Part shown: positions 52,242 to 64,000 of the stretch, one piece after another
Position numbering within the stretch: position 1 is the stretch's first letter
Layout of the letters: the number at the start of each line of letters is the position of its first letter
Source of the DNA: Rhina ancylostomus
Lineage: Eukaryota
DNA length: 64,000 bases
Direction: 5' to 3'
Assembly: GCA_030265395.1 (NCBI GenBank)
Contig: JARFYF010000068.1
Span: 11,123,337 to 11,187,336, forward strand
Made by a program: the position numbers and the translations under genes
The notes under the pieces: model-generated
Databases searched by the model: none
The model's input: the letters and a program-made list of their open reading frames with translations, nothing else
What the model was told of the DNA's origin: nothing

Positions 52242-52636
52242 TGTCACAATGTTGATGAAAGAGCAAGCTCGCAGAGAACCCAAATGCGGCACCTCGATGC
52301 AATACTGGTCAGGATACTTCCTCAGGACAAAACACAAGCCGCAACTGGAAGGAATCTTGCCTCGGAGATCTGAAGAGGAATGCCAAAACGAACTGGGTCT
52401 TCAGAAAGGAATAGAGAACACAGAACTGCTCTAGAGTAGACCACTCTAAGCAACTAAGAGCTAAAGGTAGACCAATACTCTGGCAACTAGTGCTAGAGAA
52501 ACCCAGGTACTTATGCTAGGCCCCTGATGAGGCTCAGGTGTGTATCGTTGTGCAAATGAGTCCAGCATGGAATCCATGTGCTGGACAACAAGGCATTAAA
52601 GGAGCTAAATTGAGGCCATAACTCAGAACCATGACA
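52242..52636 (-). mobile_element. Complete, more diverged LTR copy (395 bp); no TSD
   Basis: TGTCACAATG...AACCATGACA, reverse complement of 19339-19744. Confidence 0.85.
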
Positions 52637-53589
52637 TTTACTTCTTCCACAGATGCTGCCCAACCTAATGAGTATTTACAGAATTTTGTTTTTGTTTCAC
52701 ATTTCTGGTAACCACAGCACCTTGCTTTTGCAATGAACCAAATCTCCTGCAAACTGAGTTTACAATGGTTTGCATTATCCACGGACTAACATCACATAGG
52801 ATCATATAATCAATAAGCTTCACAAAGTCCTTGGTGAATGGGCTGAGCTTCAGTTTTCAGAATATTTCTGAAAACAGTAGTGCAGGAACAAAGATAAAAT
52901 TAAGCATTAGGATTTATTTCTAGGAGGACTGAATTGAAAATAAAATGTACAGCAAATGTGCTGAAGATTGGTCAAACCACATTTAGAAAGGAAGAGCAGA
53001 TAACCTCTAAAAAAGAATTTACAAGGTCGATACCAAAACTGTGAGCTTGCATCTGTCTATAGGTGGACAGACGAACTGGCTGTTCTTATGAAACAAAGCA
53101 GCCAAGTGTTGACCTATCAGGGATCTTTAAAATTGTGGAAGACTAGACATAGAGAAAAATAAAACTAACAGCCATCAATCTAGGATAATCAACAGGGAAT
53201 TCAGAAAATGTTCACCCAGAAAGTGGTGAGAATGTGGAACCTGATATCCAAGGGAAAAGTTGAGATCAAATAGTTGAGCCTGACACACTGTCACTATTCA
53301 TTACATTCTAATACGATACAACCTCATTCCCTGTCTCCGGATTCATGGATTTTGATTTTAATTCTTTCTGTTGACCCTTCATAAATTTCAGTTTATGCAA
53401 AACTCTGTGGTCTGATGTATATTGGCTCCTATTGCCCAAATTTAAAATTCACATCGTTTAAATTTCATGGCCTTACCCTCCCACAAAATGTTCCATCCTT
53501 CCAACCCTTCCTTTTGAATTCTCCTTTTGTATAATTCTCACCGTTGACCCAAGCCATTCCCTCCAAGAGCAAATCATTATTGGGTGATT

Positions 53590-54050
53590 CACCTCCTGAT
53601 GCCTAAAGTCTGCCATCCATCAGCTGTGTTAGGATCATGTTTCCCACCTGCCTGGATAAATGTAGCACTAACAACATTAAAGATGCTTGACACCATACAG
53701 GACAAAGCATAGATTCATTCCATCATCTGTGTATTTGGCTGTAGTGTTTTCCACTACAAAATGCATTGCAGTTAGTTGCTCGACCACTGTCAGTACCTCT
53801 GAAACCTGTGATTTTTACTTCTAGGGGACAATGGCCACAGGTGCATTAGAATATCACCACCTGTAGGTTCTTCTCCAAGATGCACACTGTCTTGACTTGG
53901 GAACTATATCAATGTTCCTTCTTCACACCTGAAACTCCCTAGTCCTAACCATGTGGGAGCACCTTCATCAGAAGGAATGCCATGGTTCAAGATGGCTCAC
54001 CATCACCTTCCAAAGGGAAATTAGAAATGGGCAATAAAGCCTGACCTTGT
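53590..54050 (+). mobile_element. Non-LTR retrotransposon 3' remnant
   Basis: Degenerate LDTIQDKA-type coding remnant ending in GGGCAATAAAGCCTGACC; clade not assigned. Confidence 0.4.
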
Positions 54051-54288
54051 CATATGGAACCATATTCTGAAAAAAATGAATAAAAAAATAATGTAACCAT
54101 ATAATTAGACCAGAATTATACAGTGCAGATCCACTAATCTTTGGTAGAGCTCTCCAGTTAATCCATCTCTTCAGCTCTTTCCCCAGAGNNNNNNNNNNNN
54201 NNNNNNNNNNNNNNNNNNNNNNNNNNNNNNNNNNNNNNNNNNNNNNNNNNNNNNNNNNNNNNNNNNNNNNNNNNNNNNNNNNNNNNNN

Positions 54289-54366
54289 GTTCAGCATGGA
54301 ATCCATGTGCTGGACAATAAGGCATTAAAGGAGCCAAATTGAGGGCCAGTACCCAGACCCATGATA
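54289..54366 (-). mobile_element. LTR end emerging from an assembly gap
   Basis: CAGCATGGAATCCATGTGCTGGACAA...CCATGATA matches the LTR family. Confidence 0.8.
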
Positions 54367-55827
54367 ATAACTGCTTAAATATCCTGATAACAGCTCCTGG
54401 TCACCCAAATTCCGTTTCAGACACCAATGATTAAGTTTGACTCGTTATTCTCTCTGATCAGTCATAATTTCAAGCCGGAGACTTCACTTATTGTCAAGGA
54501 TTTATGCAAAGCGACAGGCAATTCCTTCTGATGGCACGAAGGGAAGGACATGGATGTAGAAGTCTTAGGGAACATCCTCTGTGGGCTGGAGTTATAAAGG
54601 TACAGCACCGTGAAGTTAATCTAGACTCTGGTTGCTGTTCGTCACTGATTTGTCAATTATAGGAGAAGTTATATATTGCATTGACATCGCACTGATATAT
54701 TGAACGTTTGCTTCAGAATTTGAAGGATATATTGGCCGGCAGGGTGAAACACAGAAATATTTCCGTAGTTTTGGCCATTTCGATCAGGTTGAAGGATTTA
54801 TTGGTGGTGGCAGTCAAGCACAGATTTAATTATTAGAGACAGCTGTTCAAGGGATAATGATTTTGGATGCATGGCCCGTACTTGTTGGGAGGAAATAATG
54901 AAGGACGATAGTGTTGAGAAATATGATACTCTGGGAATGAATTCCTGAGTAAGCAACAAGGTAAAGAAGAAAAGATCACAAAACTAATGGGCATGACCTG
55001 AAGATAAAGGATCAACAAATTAGTACAGAAATTAACAGTGTCTTTATACAGTGCCTTGCAAATTTTCAGAATAACTTACTCTTGAGGCCACGGATGTTCA
55101 ATCTCTGAGTGCAGTCAAGGTTGTGGTCGATTTTTTTTCCGTAGCGTATATGGTACTTTGACAGAAAAAAAATATTTGAGGTATAGGTTCAACCACAATC
55201 ATTCTGGAGCAGAGAGGGATGAAAGGGCAGAAAATACTCCTCGTAATTATTTAACTTGTATGAATATGATGACATATCGCTCGATAAGAAGTAACGCGAA
55301 TACCCGTATACACCTGAACTGAGGAATTAACACATAAGCTGCTGTTCAAACAAACAGTGGTAACTTTAAAGAACCAGTGCTTATTTTAATGGGAATGTGA
55401 CTCGCATAAATTTTTCTGTTCTTTTCTGTGAGTTTCGTTGAGAACCCAGCGTTATTCGCTAACTAACTTCTTTGAGAAAGTAATGGCGTAGTTCTTGTAT
55501 TGCTGCAGTGATTTTGTTGAGTAACGAGATGGAACAACGATATGGCTCCCGGACGAGATACTGACTTCGAAGCGTATCTACAGATATTGCTTTTCCTGTG
55601 CACTTGCTTCTCTTTTTTTGGCAAAGGTCACTGATTTGAATGGTGCTGGGAGTGGAGTCATGATAATTTAAATTCTGCATATGAAGCACATTTACAGCCA
55701 GTTTGATCCAGCAGTTCAGTGAATGAAGTTTTAGTGACAGGAAGAAATAATCAAAAAGGTTTAATTTTCCTTCAGAGTGTCATTTTTATTGAGTGTTGGA
55801 GCTGGATTCGTCGGGAAAACAGCAAGT

Positions 55828-56074
55828 TGTCACAATGTTGATCCAGATCAAACTCACAGAGAACCCAAATGCGGCACACCAATACACGACTGGAGTCAGG
55901 ANNNNNNNNNNNNNNNNNNNNNNNNNNNNNNNNNNNNNNNNNNNNNNNNNNNNNNNNNNNNNNNNNNNNNNNNNNNNNNNNNNNNNNNNNNNNNNNNNNN
56001 NAGCATGGAATCCATGTGCTGGACAACAAGGCATTAATGAGCCAAATTGAGGACCAGAACTCAGAACCATGACA
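55828..56074 (-). mobile_element. LTR (interior gapped) with 5-bp TSD CAAGT
   Basis: CAAGT at 55823-55827 and 56075-56079. Confidence 0.9.
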
Positions 56075-56384
56075 CAAGTTGTTTTTTTTTCTTGAAAATC
56101 TTGGAAACGGTTTGAGAGTCAAGTAGAGTGCCATTCACGTACCTCCTCTCTGATCTGCTCTTGTCACACAGTACTCATGCAGCAGGAACATTTTAGTTGC
56201 AGTTCAATCGTGACCCCTGTTTATTGATGGCAATGGGCTAAGCAACAATAATACCACCAAACGTTAACAGGGAAATTTGTTTGTTTAACTCATGTTGGAG
56301 ATGCTCATTGCTGGCACTTCTTTTAAGTAAATAAAATTTTAAAAAATCTGCTTAATCTGTTTGTTCAGTTTGGTGCGACTAATT

Positions 56385-56431
56385 CCAATCATTATGCAGC
56401 ATTGCTCATCACATATTTTTCTGTATAAATA
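56385..56431 (+). promoter_or_regulatory. CCAAT plus TATA box candidate for GPCR E
   Basis: CCAAT at 56385-56389 and TATAAATA at 56424-56431, 68 nt upstream of the ATG. Confidence 0.6.
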
Positions 56432-56498
56432 CGGCCCTGTTTTAAAAGCAGGAGTTCGGTGTTCATAGCACTGTCGAGAACTGTTTTTCGCTCCGAAT

Positions 56499-56568
56499 AT
56501 GGATCAGCCGATTATCATACAGGTAGAAAACATCTACTATCCCATTCTCGCAATAATTGGCGTTCCTG
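56499..56568 (+). CDS. GPCR E, exon 1 (MDQPIIIQVENIYYPILAIIGVP)
   Basis: 70 nt, GTAAGT donor at 56569, phase 1. Confidence 0.9.
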
Positions 56569-57618
56569 GTAAGTCTGCAAATGTAGTCAATATATTCAAT
56601 GTGGTTTTGTTTCCTGTTACCATATTTCTGCTGTCAGATTAACCACATCAGGCGTCAATTTAGCTCCCGGACATTAACAGAATATAAACGATTCCACAGA
56701 AGTCTGCATTATTCGACAAACTAGGATTCAGCAACATTTGTTTTGGCAATTTATGAATTACAATGCTGGACTTTGAATTATCATAGAATCTTACGAACAC
56801 CTGGCCAATGATCGGTGTCGGATGAAAGAGCCGAATGAAAGAACATTTCGAAACTTTTGTGCTCTAGTCAGAACAATAAGCTAAGTTGGAATCTTGGTGT
56901 ATTTTTGCGGACTCAGCAAAACCGAAGAAAATATCGCGCCGAAACAGTAAACTAGATTGGAATCTTGCTGCATTTTTGCGAACCCAGCCAAACCAAAGAA
57001 AACATCGTGCTCACGGATTATACTTCTTTGTACTATAAATTGCAATGGTCGCATTTAAATAGAAGTACCCATTTTCTCCTCTGTCAAACACAAACGGGGG
57101 CTGATTTCTCTCCTTTCCCAAAGTGCGGCTGGTCACAGCAACTTTGTTGTACAATCGTTTTACAATGTCAAATGTTTCGGGAGGTAAACTCCTTAAATTA
57201 AGCTTGTGGTCGACATAATGGGGAATATCGTTTATTGATTCTGGTATGATTTACATGTGAAGACTGTTTTCACTCTTTCAGCCTTGCTACCTTGCATGCA
57301 GTTCATTGAAGGCACATAACGTGCGAACTATTGTCTGCATTTGTTCATCTTTATGTTATCTTGAGTTTATGTCCATGCGTTGCGGTAATGGAGATGGAAG
57401 AACAGACAATAAAAGGGATAGGGTTCATGTACACCTGGTCATTTTGCAGTTCTAAATAGCCACTTGAATTACACACTTTGGAGAAATCATCCAAATCACC
57501 CCTGTTAATTGGCCGTTCTTATCATTTGATGCCTCGAGGGTAAACCACAAAAAGACAAAACTCTGTTGAGAGATTGATAACGGATCTCAGTGATTAATTT
57601 CTCTTTGTCTTTTCGCAG

Positions 57619-58472
57619 CTAATTTGATGGCAGTCATGATTCTGTGCCGCGGAAATTGTAGCCTGTCCAAATGCATCACTCGTTACTTGGTATTCATGGC
57701 AGTGGCCGATCTAATGGTACTGATATTTGAAGTGATTCTTTATGAGATAAAAGATTCTTATTTGCCATATTCCTTTCTGAATTACACTCCTGTCTGTAGC
57801 GTCAATCTCGCACTGTTGTTCTTTTCCATTGATTGTTCTGTCTGGTTAACTGTGGCTTTCACCTTTGATAGATTCATTGCTATTAGTTGCCAAACATTGC
57901 GAACGAAATACTGCACCGAAAGGACTGCTTGTATTATGATTGCAATCATGTGCTTCTTAAGCATGCTAGAAAACATTCCTATCTACTTTATTTATGAACC
58001 TCGGGGAATAATTGATGGCTTGCCGTGGTCCTGCTATGTAAAGTCAAGCTTCTATACTGCACCCATGTGGGTCGCATTTTTATGGCTGGAAACCATTTTA
58101 TGTCCATTTGCACCTTTCGTTTTGATTACGCTGCTGAATTCTCTGACGATCAGGCATATTGTTCTGGCTAATAGAGTGAGGAGTGGCCTCCGAGGAAGCA
58201 TCAATTCCAAGAGCCACGCTGATCCTGAGATTGATAACCGGAGGAAATCAATCATATTACTGCTGGCAATCTCTGGCAGTTTTATACTCCTATGGATGGT
58301 TCTATTTATATGTTCCCTGTTTGTGCACTTTACAGATACTCAGTTTTTAGAAGCAAATTACAATGACCCTTTCACTATTGCAGAGCAAGCTGGCTATATG
58401 CTGAGGTGTTCAAGTGCTTGCACAAATACTTTTATTTACGCAGTTTCGCAGGGAAAATTCGAAAGGAATTGA
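57619..58472 (+). CDS. GPR139/142-like GPCR E, exon 2; all TM segments intact, 1-nt deletion in helix 8
   Basis: TTTTCGCAG acceptor; same motifs as B-D. Ends AVSQGKFERN*, whereas paralogs continue KFR.EL. Confidence 0.88.
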
Positions 58473-59029
58473 AGAATATGATGATGCGTCCACTAAGGAA
58501 CAAAAATATCAATAACGTCAGAAAGCTAGTATACGTTCTTACCTATATGAATGAATGTGTATTTCGGTACGGCCGCATCATCCTGCAGGGGAAACTTCGA
58601 CTGCTAAGCCGTTCCGCAAAGTTCATTCTCACCTCCCAGTACAGAATATTCTGAATCTATACTTTATTTCATTTGTTATGAGAGAAAACATGCTTGGGAC
58701 AATATTCTGTTTTACTGGCATTATAAGGGATTGATAAGAATACAATCTTTTTTTCCAAATCGGAAATAAAATGCGTCGGGCAAGATGGTTTGTTATTGAT
58801 TTTAGTAAACAACTTTTAATCTCTTAAGTTCTACTTCGATTAGTAATATACACTGATATGTTTTCAAGAATTCAATTATTCCAACCAATGTGTTATTTGA
58901 GAAAAACTATAGCACAGAAGTTTGAGAATTTCACAGATGATAGCATATATGTTTTTATCTTGTTTCGACAATGATGACTTGTTTAACAGTTGGTGTAAAT
59001 GAATCACACATTTAAATTACACCCTAGCT

Positions 59030-61985
59030 CAAAAATGATATCTAATACAGGCGGAACTGGTGAGGGTGCCTGATCGTGTGCCAGATGAAGGACTGCTACG
59101 TAGAAGGGCAAAATATAAGATGAGACTTACACAGAAATAAGTATAATGTTTGCAAAAATAGCTTATATTTTATCCATATGTGATGACGATCGAGTCATTT
59201 CGTGAGATAAAAAAGAAATATAGTTGGGGTTTGGAAGTAGTAGTGTGGGACAAATAGTTGTAATTCATAGTGTACTGACATGATGGGGAAAGACTGAGAT
59301 GAGCGAACTTATTTCCGCCTGTCTGTAATATAGCACATACTGCAGGGACAATGAGCAACTCTCCATGGAATTCTGACACAGAGGTCAATGAAAGTTGATC
59401 AAATAAGAAGAAAACATTAGCTGTAGAGGGCAGGATATTTTGGGGGATGGAGGCCGTTTTGAGCGGCTACAAAAGTGAGTTCAGAAGGATGTGTTGTCTG
59501 CTCAGTGCCACGGCTGTGGTCAACTCTGCTGTTGGAAAATAATTTGAAGCAGGGGAGGATGGACCCAGATGCAGTTATCAATGTGGGAACCAACGCGTTA
59601 AATATCATTGAAGAGGCGGTTCTGCTGAACGAGTACAGAAATATGAGGTCAAAATTAAAAAGCAGAATTGTAAAGGAATCACCGGAGCCTATCTCAGAAG
59701 GGTCAATGATATCTGAAAATGGGATATTTGGCTCAAACAATAGTGTTGGAGAAGTGTTTTATTTTATGGTGCATCTGCACCAATACCGGATGGGGGGAGA
59801 TAACTATGTGGCTTGAATCAGCTTAATGTGCACAGAGCTTAGACTTGCCTCCCAGCAAACGGAATAACACGTTTATAAGGTAAGGTATGAAAGTAAGTTT
59901 TAGTTGGGAAAGATTAAGGAGCTCTCTGGAGAAAGGCGGTAAGGAAAAGATCACAGACGGGGAAATTTAGACAAGCATAGTGTGCGCAGGATAGGGAAAC
60001 CGTTAATGGTAACCTGACTGTCACAGAAAGGACAGGAATACAAAAAAAGTATTCCTTCAATCTTAACAGAACAAAAATCACAAGAAAATAAAGTGAAAAT
60101 TGCAGGCAGCATTTGTAGCAACAAAACGAATGCTTGGCACAGATCGAAATAAGCAGATACATTCGCACAGCTGTGCAGTTGAAGATAAGTAAGACCTTGC
60201 ACATTTTTCAATATTATTTGGAAGAAACGGGTAAAATGTAAAAAGTCGAAAGGTAGATGATCATAAATAATGAAGCATGGACGAAAAAGATAATTGATTT
60301 CCCTTGAAAAAGTAAAATGAAATTAGTTTGGGTGGACCCAAGGTACAACGTGGGACAGACAATATTAGAGGGAAGGTATGTGTGCCCCCAGATAGAACGG
60401 CAATATAGAGCATGATATGCATGAGAAAAGTAAAGGCATATTTTCGAAAGGTTATGCAATAATCATGCTCAACTTTAATCGGCATAAATATTTGGTAAAG
60501 TAAATTCCTAATATCATGTGGAGGACGAATTAATGGAGTGCATATGAGATGGTGTTGTGAATATATAAACAACTCTAGTTGTAGTTATACTATTATGTGA
60601 CGAGTATGAGTTAATTAATAATTCTACAGAAAAAAAAGATTTTTTGTGCAGAGTAGCCACAGCATCATAAAATTTTACATTTAATTTGGAGGTGAATGTT
60701 AGAGTTACAAAGTATAAACGAAATAGCATTTCGTGCAGCAAACTGCAATCTAATCAAATTAAGTCAGTAGGATCACATGAAAGACAAATCATGTATTACA
60801 AATTTGCTTGAGTGTCCTTGAGGATACAGAAGTTGTGACAAAAAGGGGAGCTCTGCAGATTTTTAAAATTTATATTTCAAAACGGCGTTTGATGAAGTGC
60901 TACCTAAAACCAAGTTTAGAATTTATGGCATTGGAGGATGTATGTTAATATTGGTTGGAAATTTGTTAACATATCGAAAATAGAGAATTTAAATAAATGA
61001 TTCATTTCGAGTTGGAAGGATGTATCGAGTGGATTATTCCCGGTATCAACTCTGAGCTTTCCATTATATATTGTTCTTATTATTGATCCAGAGGAGGGAG
61101 AAACATGTAGGTTATTCACATTTGGAATTAACATGAAAACAGGTGTAAGGGTAAGTATTAACGAATAAAATATGTCTCTTCAATGTGGTATAGATAGTTT
61201 GAATGAATGAAAGAACAGTTGGCAAATGTGGGAAATGTGAGATTATGTTGTTCGATAAGATGAATCAAGCACTAGATTATCGTATAACGGGGAAAGACAA
61301 CAAATGAGTGAAGCATAACGCTTTCTAAGTGTTATTGTGCATGAACCACAGAGAGTTAGCAGGCAAGTGCAGCTAGTACTTAAGAAGGGAAATGGCATAT
61401 CATACTTGGTTTCAAAGTGGTAGGAAATTGGAAAGTGGAAATTGTTTATAATTGCTCAGGGCTTTGAGGAGAAATCATCTGGAATATACGCTCAGTTTTG
61501 TTCCCCTTACTTAAGAAAAGATATCGTGCAATTGGAGGCAATAAAATAGAGTTTCATCAGGTTAAATTCCGGTACCAATGCATTTTTGAATCAATGCAGG
61601 TTGTGTCTACATTCTTTGGAGATCAGAAAAAATATGAAACGTTCTTATTGAAACAGGTAGAGTCCTATATGGGCATATCAGCTTAGTTGTCTAGATGTTT
61701 TCACTCGTGGCATAATCAAACGAGTGGACGTAGATTCAAGTCTAGGGGACGGATGTTAAAAACGAGGCACGTAGAAAATTCTTATCGAAGGAAATTGCGA
61801 ATCTTTGGCAGTCTGCTCGTCAGTGTTTTATGGCGGCTATGTCATGGTCGTGGGATTGAAGGCTTTGTGAATCTGGCTTAGAGAGAGTGTTGAGGCTTGG
61901 GGTAAATTAACTATGATCACAGCGAATAGCGGACAGGCTTGAGTGGCCAGTGGGCCTACTTCTGCTACTCTGTTCGTATCTTCTT
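59030..61985 (+). mobile_element. Long, heavily decayed CR1 LINE (ORF1 esterase-like region to 3' end)
   Basis: VVCSVP...DPDAVINVGTN...LLNEYRNMRSKLKSR matches the CR1 ORF1 esterase block. RT remnants near 60850-61130 (FQ.AFD.V-like, SG..P), and a GGGCCTACTTCTGCTACT 3' end. Confidence 0.7.
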
Positions 61986-63539
61986 GTGAGAGATTTAGTT
62001 GAATATGAAACCATGGTCTGAATTCCAAATAATCATTCAACATTTGGTCCCACGAAGCATTAGACAAAAGTAAAATGCTCATGATGTTGCTAAAAAGGTG
62101 CAGTAAACATGGGATGGGGGTGGGGTGGTTTGCAGACTTCAGCAAACGAAGGCAAAGAAACCGACAAGGAAAATGGACACCCGAATATGATAAAAAGTAT
62201 ATAGTTTATAAAATATGCAAGACAAAGAAAACATTTTATCAATGTCACCTGGACTGATCGGACATATATACGCAAAGGAATAAGAAAATAACACATGAAT
62301 TGAAAAAAAAAATGACGTTGTGAAGAAAATGAACATCAGAGAAAATGAGCAGGAGCTGAAAAACAGTATTGTAAAACTTTATTGGACAGAGAGTTAATAA
62401 TTTCTTGGACTCGATGAGCGCCATCCCAAGCATAGCAATGAGGTTGGATTGGTGATGAAGTCTTTATTTGAGGCGTATGGACTTCAAAAGAATCTCTGGC
62501 TCTGGCTCGTGTAAATTACAAATATTGACAAGTAAGCTTATTGGAGGCTCATAAAAAAAGAGTTGATCCATCTGTTGTCCAGGTACATTACCAGACGCAG
62601 AGAAGTAGATAAGCTATCCAAGTCTGTCATGATGATTAAAGTGGAACACGAAAGCAAGTTCCAATTGATATTGTGGTGATGTCTTCTTTGCTTAAGACAA
62701 TGCTCTTGTGGGTGTTGGGACCAGAGAAAAACAAAAAAAAGCTGAATTTAGCGAACACTTCTGCCAAGCAGCAGAGGACCTTCCTTAATTTATGACCCCA
62801 CAACCAAGATACATGATTTTGTATTCTCATTGTTATTGTACGCCTGTGCAGCACAATTGATGATATTCGCTCTCTAAGCAACAGGCTGAAGTATGTTGTT
62901 GCTGATCAATAGATTGAAGTAAACTGATGAATAATAATCATAAAATACACGGGATTCTGATTTTTGAAAATTGTTGGAATTATAGATTGGAAATCTGATG
63001 ATTTACATTCTTTACTTCCAGCAGTTTCATTTTAATGTAAACATTAGGTTGTGGCATGTTGGTGGAAGGAATTTAATGGGCATTAATAGGAAAATGGTTT
63101 TATCTCAAAATGATGGTGATTGGATCCCAAGAAGCACACTGGAGAGTGAACTGAAATTGCTAATCTTGCACGTTACCCTCAACTGAGACATGAACTTCCA
63201 CCCACCGTTTTTTCCCATATTTTTAGGGTCAGCGCGATTCTGAGAAGTAATAAAAATGAAACGATTCAATAAATAAAGCGGGATTTATTGTGGTCCGGAT
63301 CGCACATTTCCCTTGATGGAATATCTGCCCATTGTACTTACTGACCGTGTAATTACTGCTACTGTTCTATAAGAATGAACCGCTCGCGAGCCGCAGTTAA
63401 GTTGCAGCCCTGGAAATTCAGACCAACAGAATGCTTTATATTTTCTGATATCTCCAAATGCAATGGTAATTACAACGTTAAAACCAGAAACTATTAGTAA
63501 AATTCAGGGACCGAATTTAAATTAATGGACCGGCTAGAT

Positions 63540-64000
63540 GCGCCACTTGTGGTTGGAGGAAGGTTGCTTTCCTTCTACTTCATAATGCACTATTCTGCAT
63601 CCTCTTCAATCGTTGGGTTCTGAGTTGTTCAGGAAGTTGGAAACCAAATAAACACAGAGAAGTACCTCTCTTTTTGATTGCCTCAGTCACACAAATTCGA
63701 CCTTAGATCATTCGGTTGCATCTTTCAAGTAAACCCCGCAACAAATACAAATACCTTGTCATTATTTCTTCCGAAACATAAATCCCATTTCATCTACAAT
63801 ATGATGCAGGTTAGTAGGGCTTTATATCCCTTTATTTCCTCCAATGGTAAATAGGAGAATACGCCTTATCCACAATTGGGACTTTCACATACTCATTCAT
63901 ATCTCTTCAACTCAACAAAATGCCAAACTACCAGATTCACCAAATCATTCTTAATGCCTCTGGGCTGCTGGTCACCTGTGTAACTCTTGTTAACAATTTT
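63540..64000 (-). mobile_element. CR1-like LINE remnant
   Basis: Degenerate similarity to the reverse complement of CR1 RT-region sequence seen at 60700-61000. Confidence 0.4.

Noticed and set aside
28190-58255. Recurring similar antisense ORFs over the GPCR exons (28190-28618, 37174-37662, 47414-47671, 57782-58255)
   Set aside because: Shadows of the conserved sense-strand coding sequence.
59475-59816. Standalone esterase-like gene
   Set aside because: Corresponds to the ORF1 esterase block of a decayed CR1 LINE.
1-64000. Prokaryotic systems, CRISPR arrays, rRNA or true tRNA genes
   Set aside because: The sequence is intron-containing vertebrate DNA; tRNA-like boxes occur only as SINE heads.

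Overview
Eukaryotic, AT-rich, repeat-laden draft genomic sequence with many N gaps. The repeat types (V-SINE-like SINEs, CR1, Penelope-like elements) and the gene content point to a cartilaginous fish; this is inferred, not proven. Positions ~100-14100 hold two tandem, diverged copies (~7 kb each, + strand) of a non-classical MHC class I-like gene. Each copy has alpha2 (276 nt), alpha3 and TM exons. No alpha1 exon is visible in either. Copy 2 has a +1 G at the alpha3 donor that would remove the TM anchor. From ~19.9 to 58.7 kb is a cluster of five two-exon, rhodopsin-class orphan GPCRs of the GPR139/GPR142-like type: three intact on -, one on + with a frameshift after TM7, and one decayed pseudogene. 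The four with a visible first exon share a 70-nt exon 1, a TATA-like box ~60-70 nt upstream of the ATG, a DRF motif and loss of the TM6/TM7 prolines. The rest is mobile-element debris: seven copies of a ~400-bp TGTCA...TGACA LTR (two with 5-bp TSDs), a Gypsy integrase fragment, decayed L1, CR1 and RTE LINEs, SINEs, Penelope-like repeats with hammerhead-core relics, and a second local duplication (16.1-19.3 kb vs 24.4-26.6 kb). Exon boundaries were read by eye from splice signals and phase. Repeat boundaries are approximate. No database search was run.
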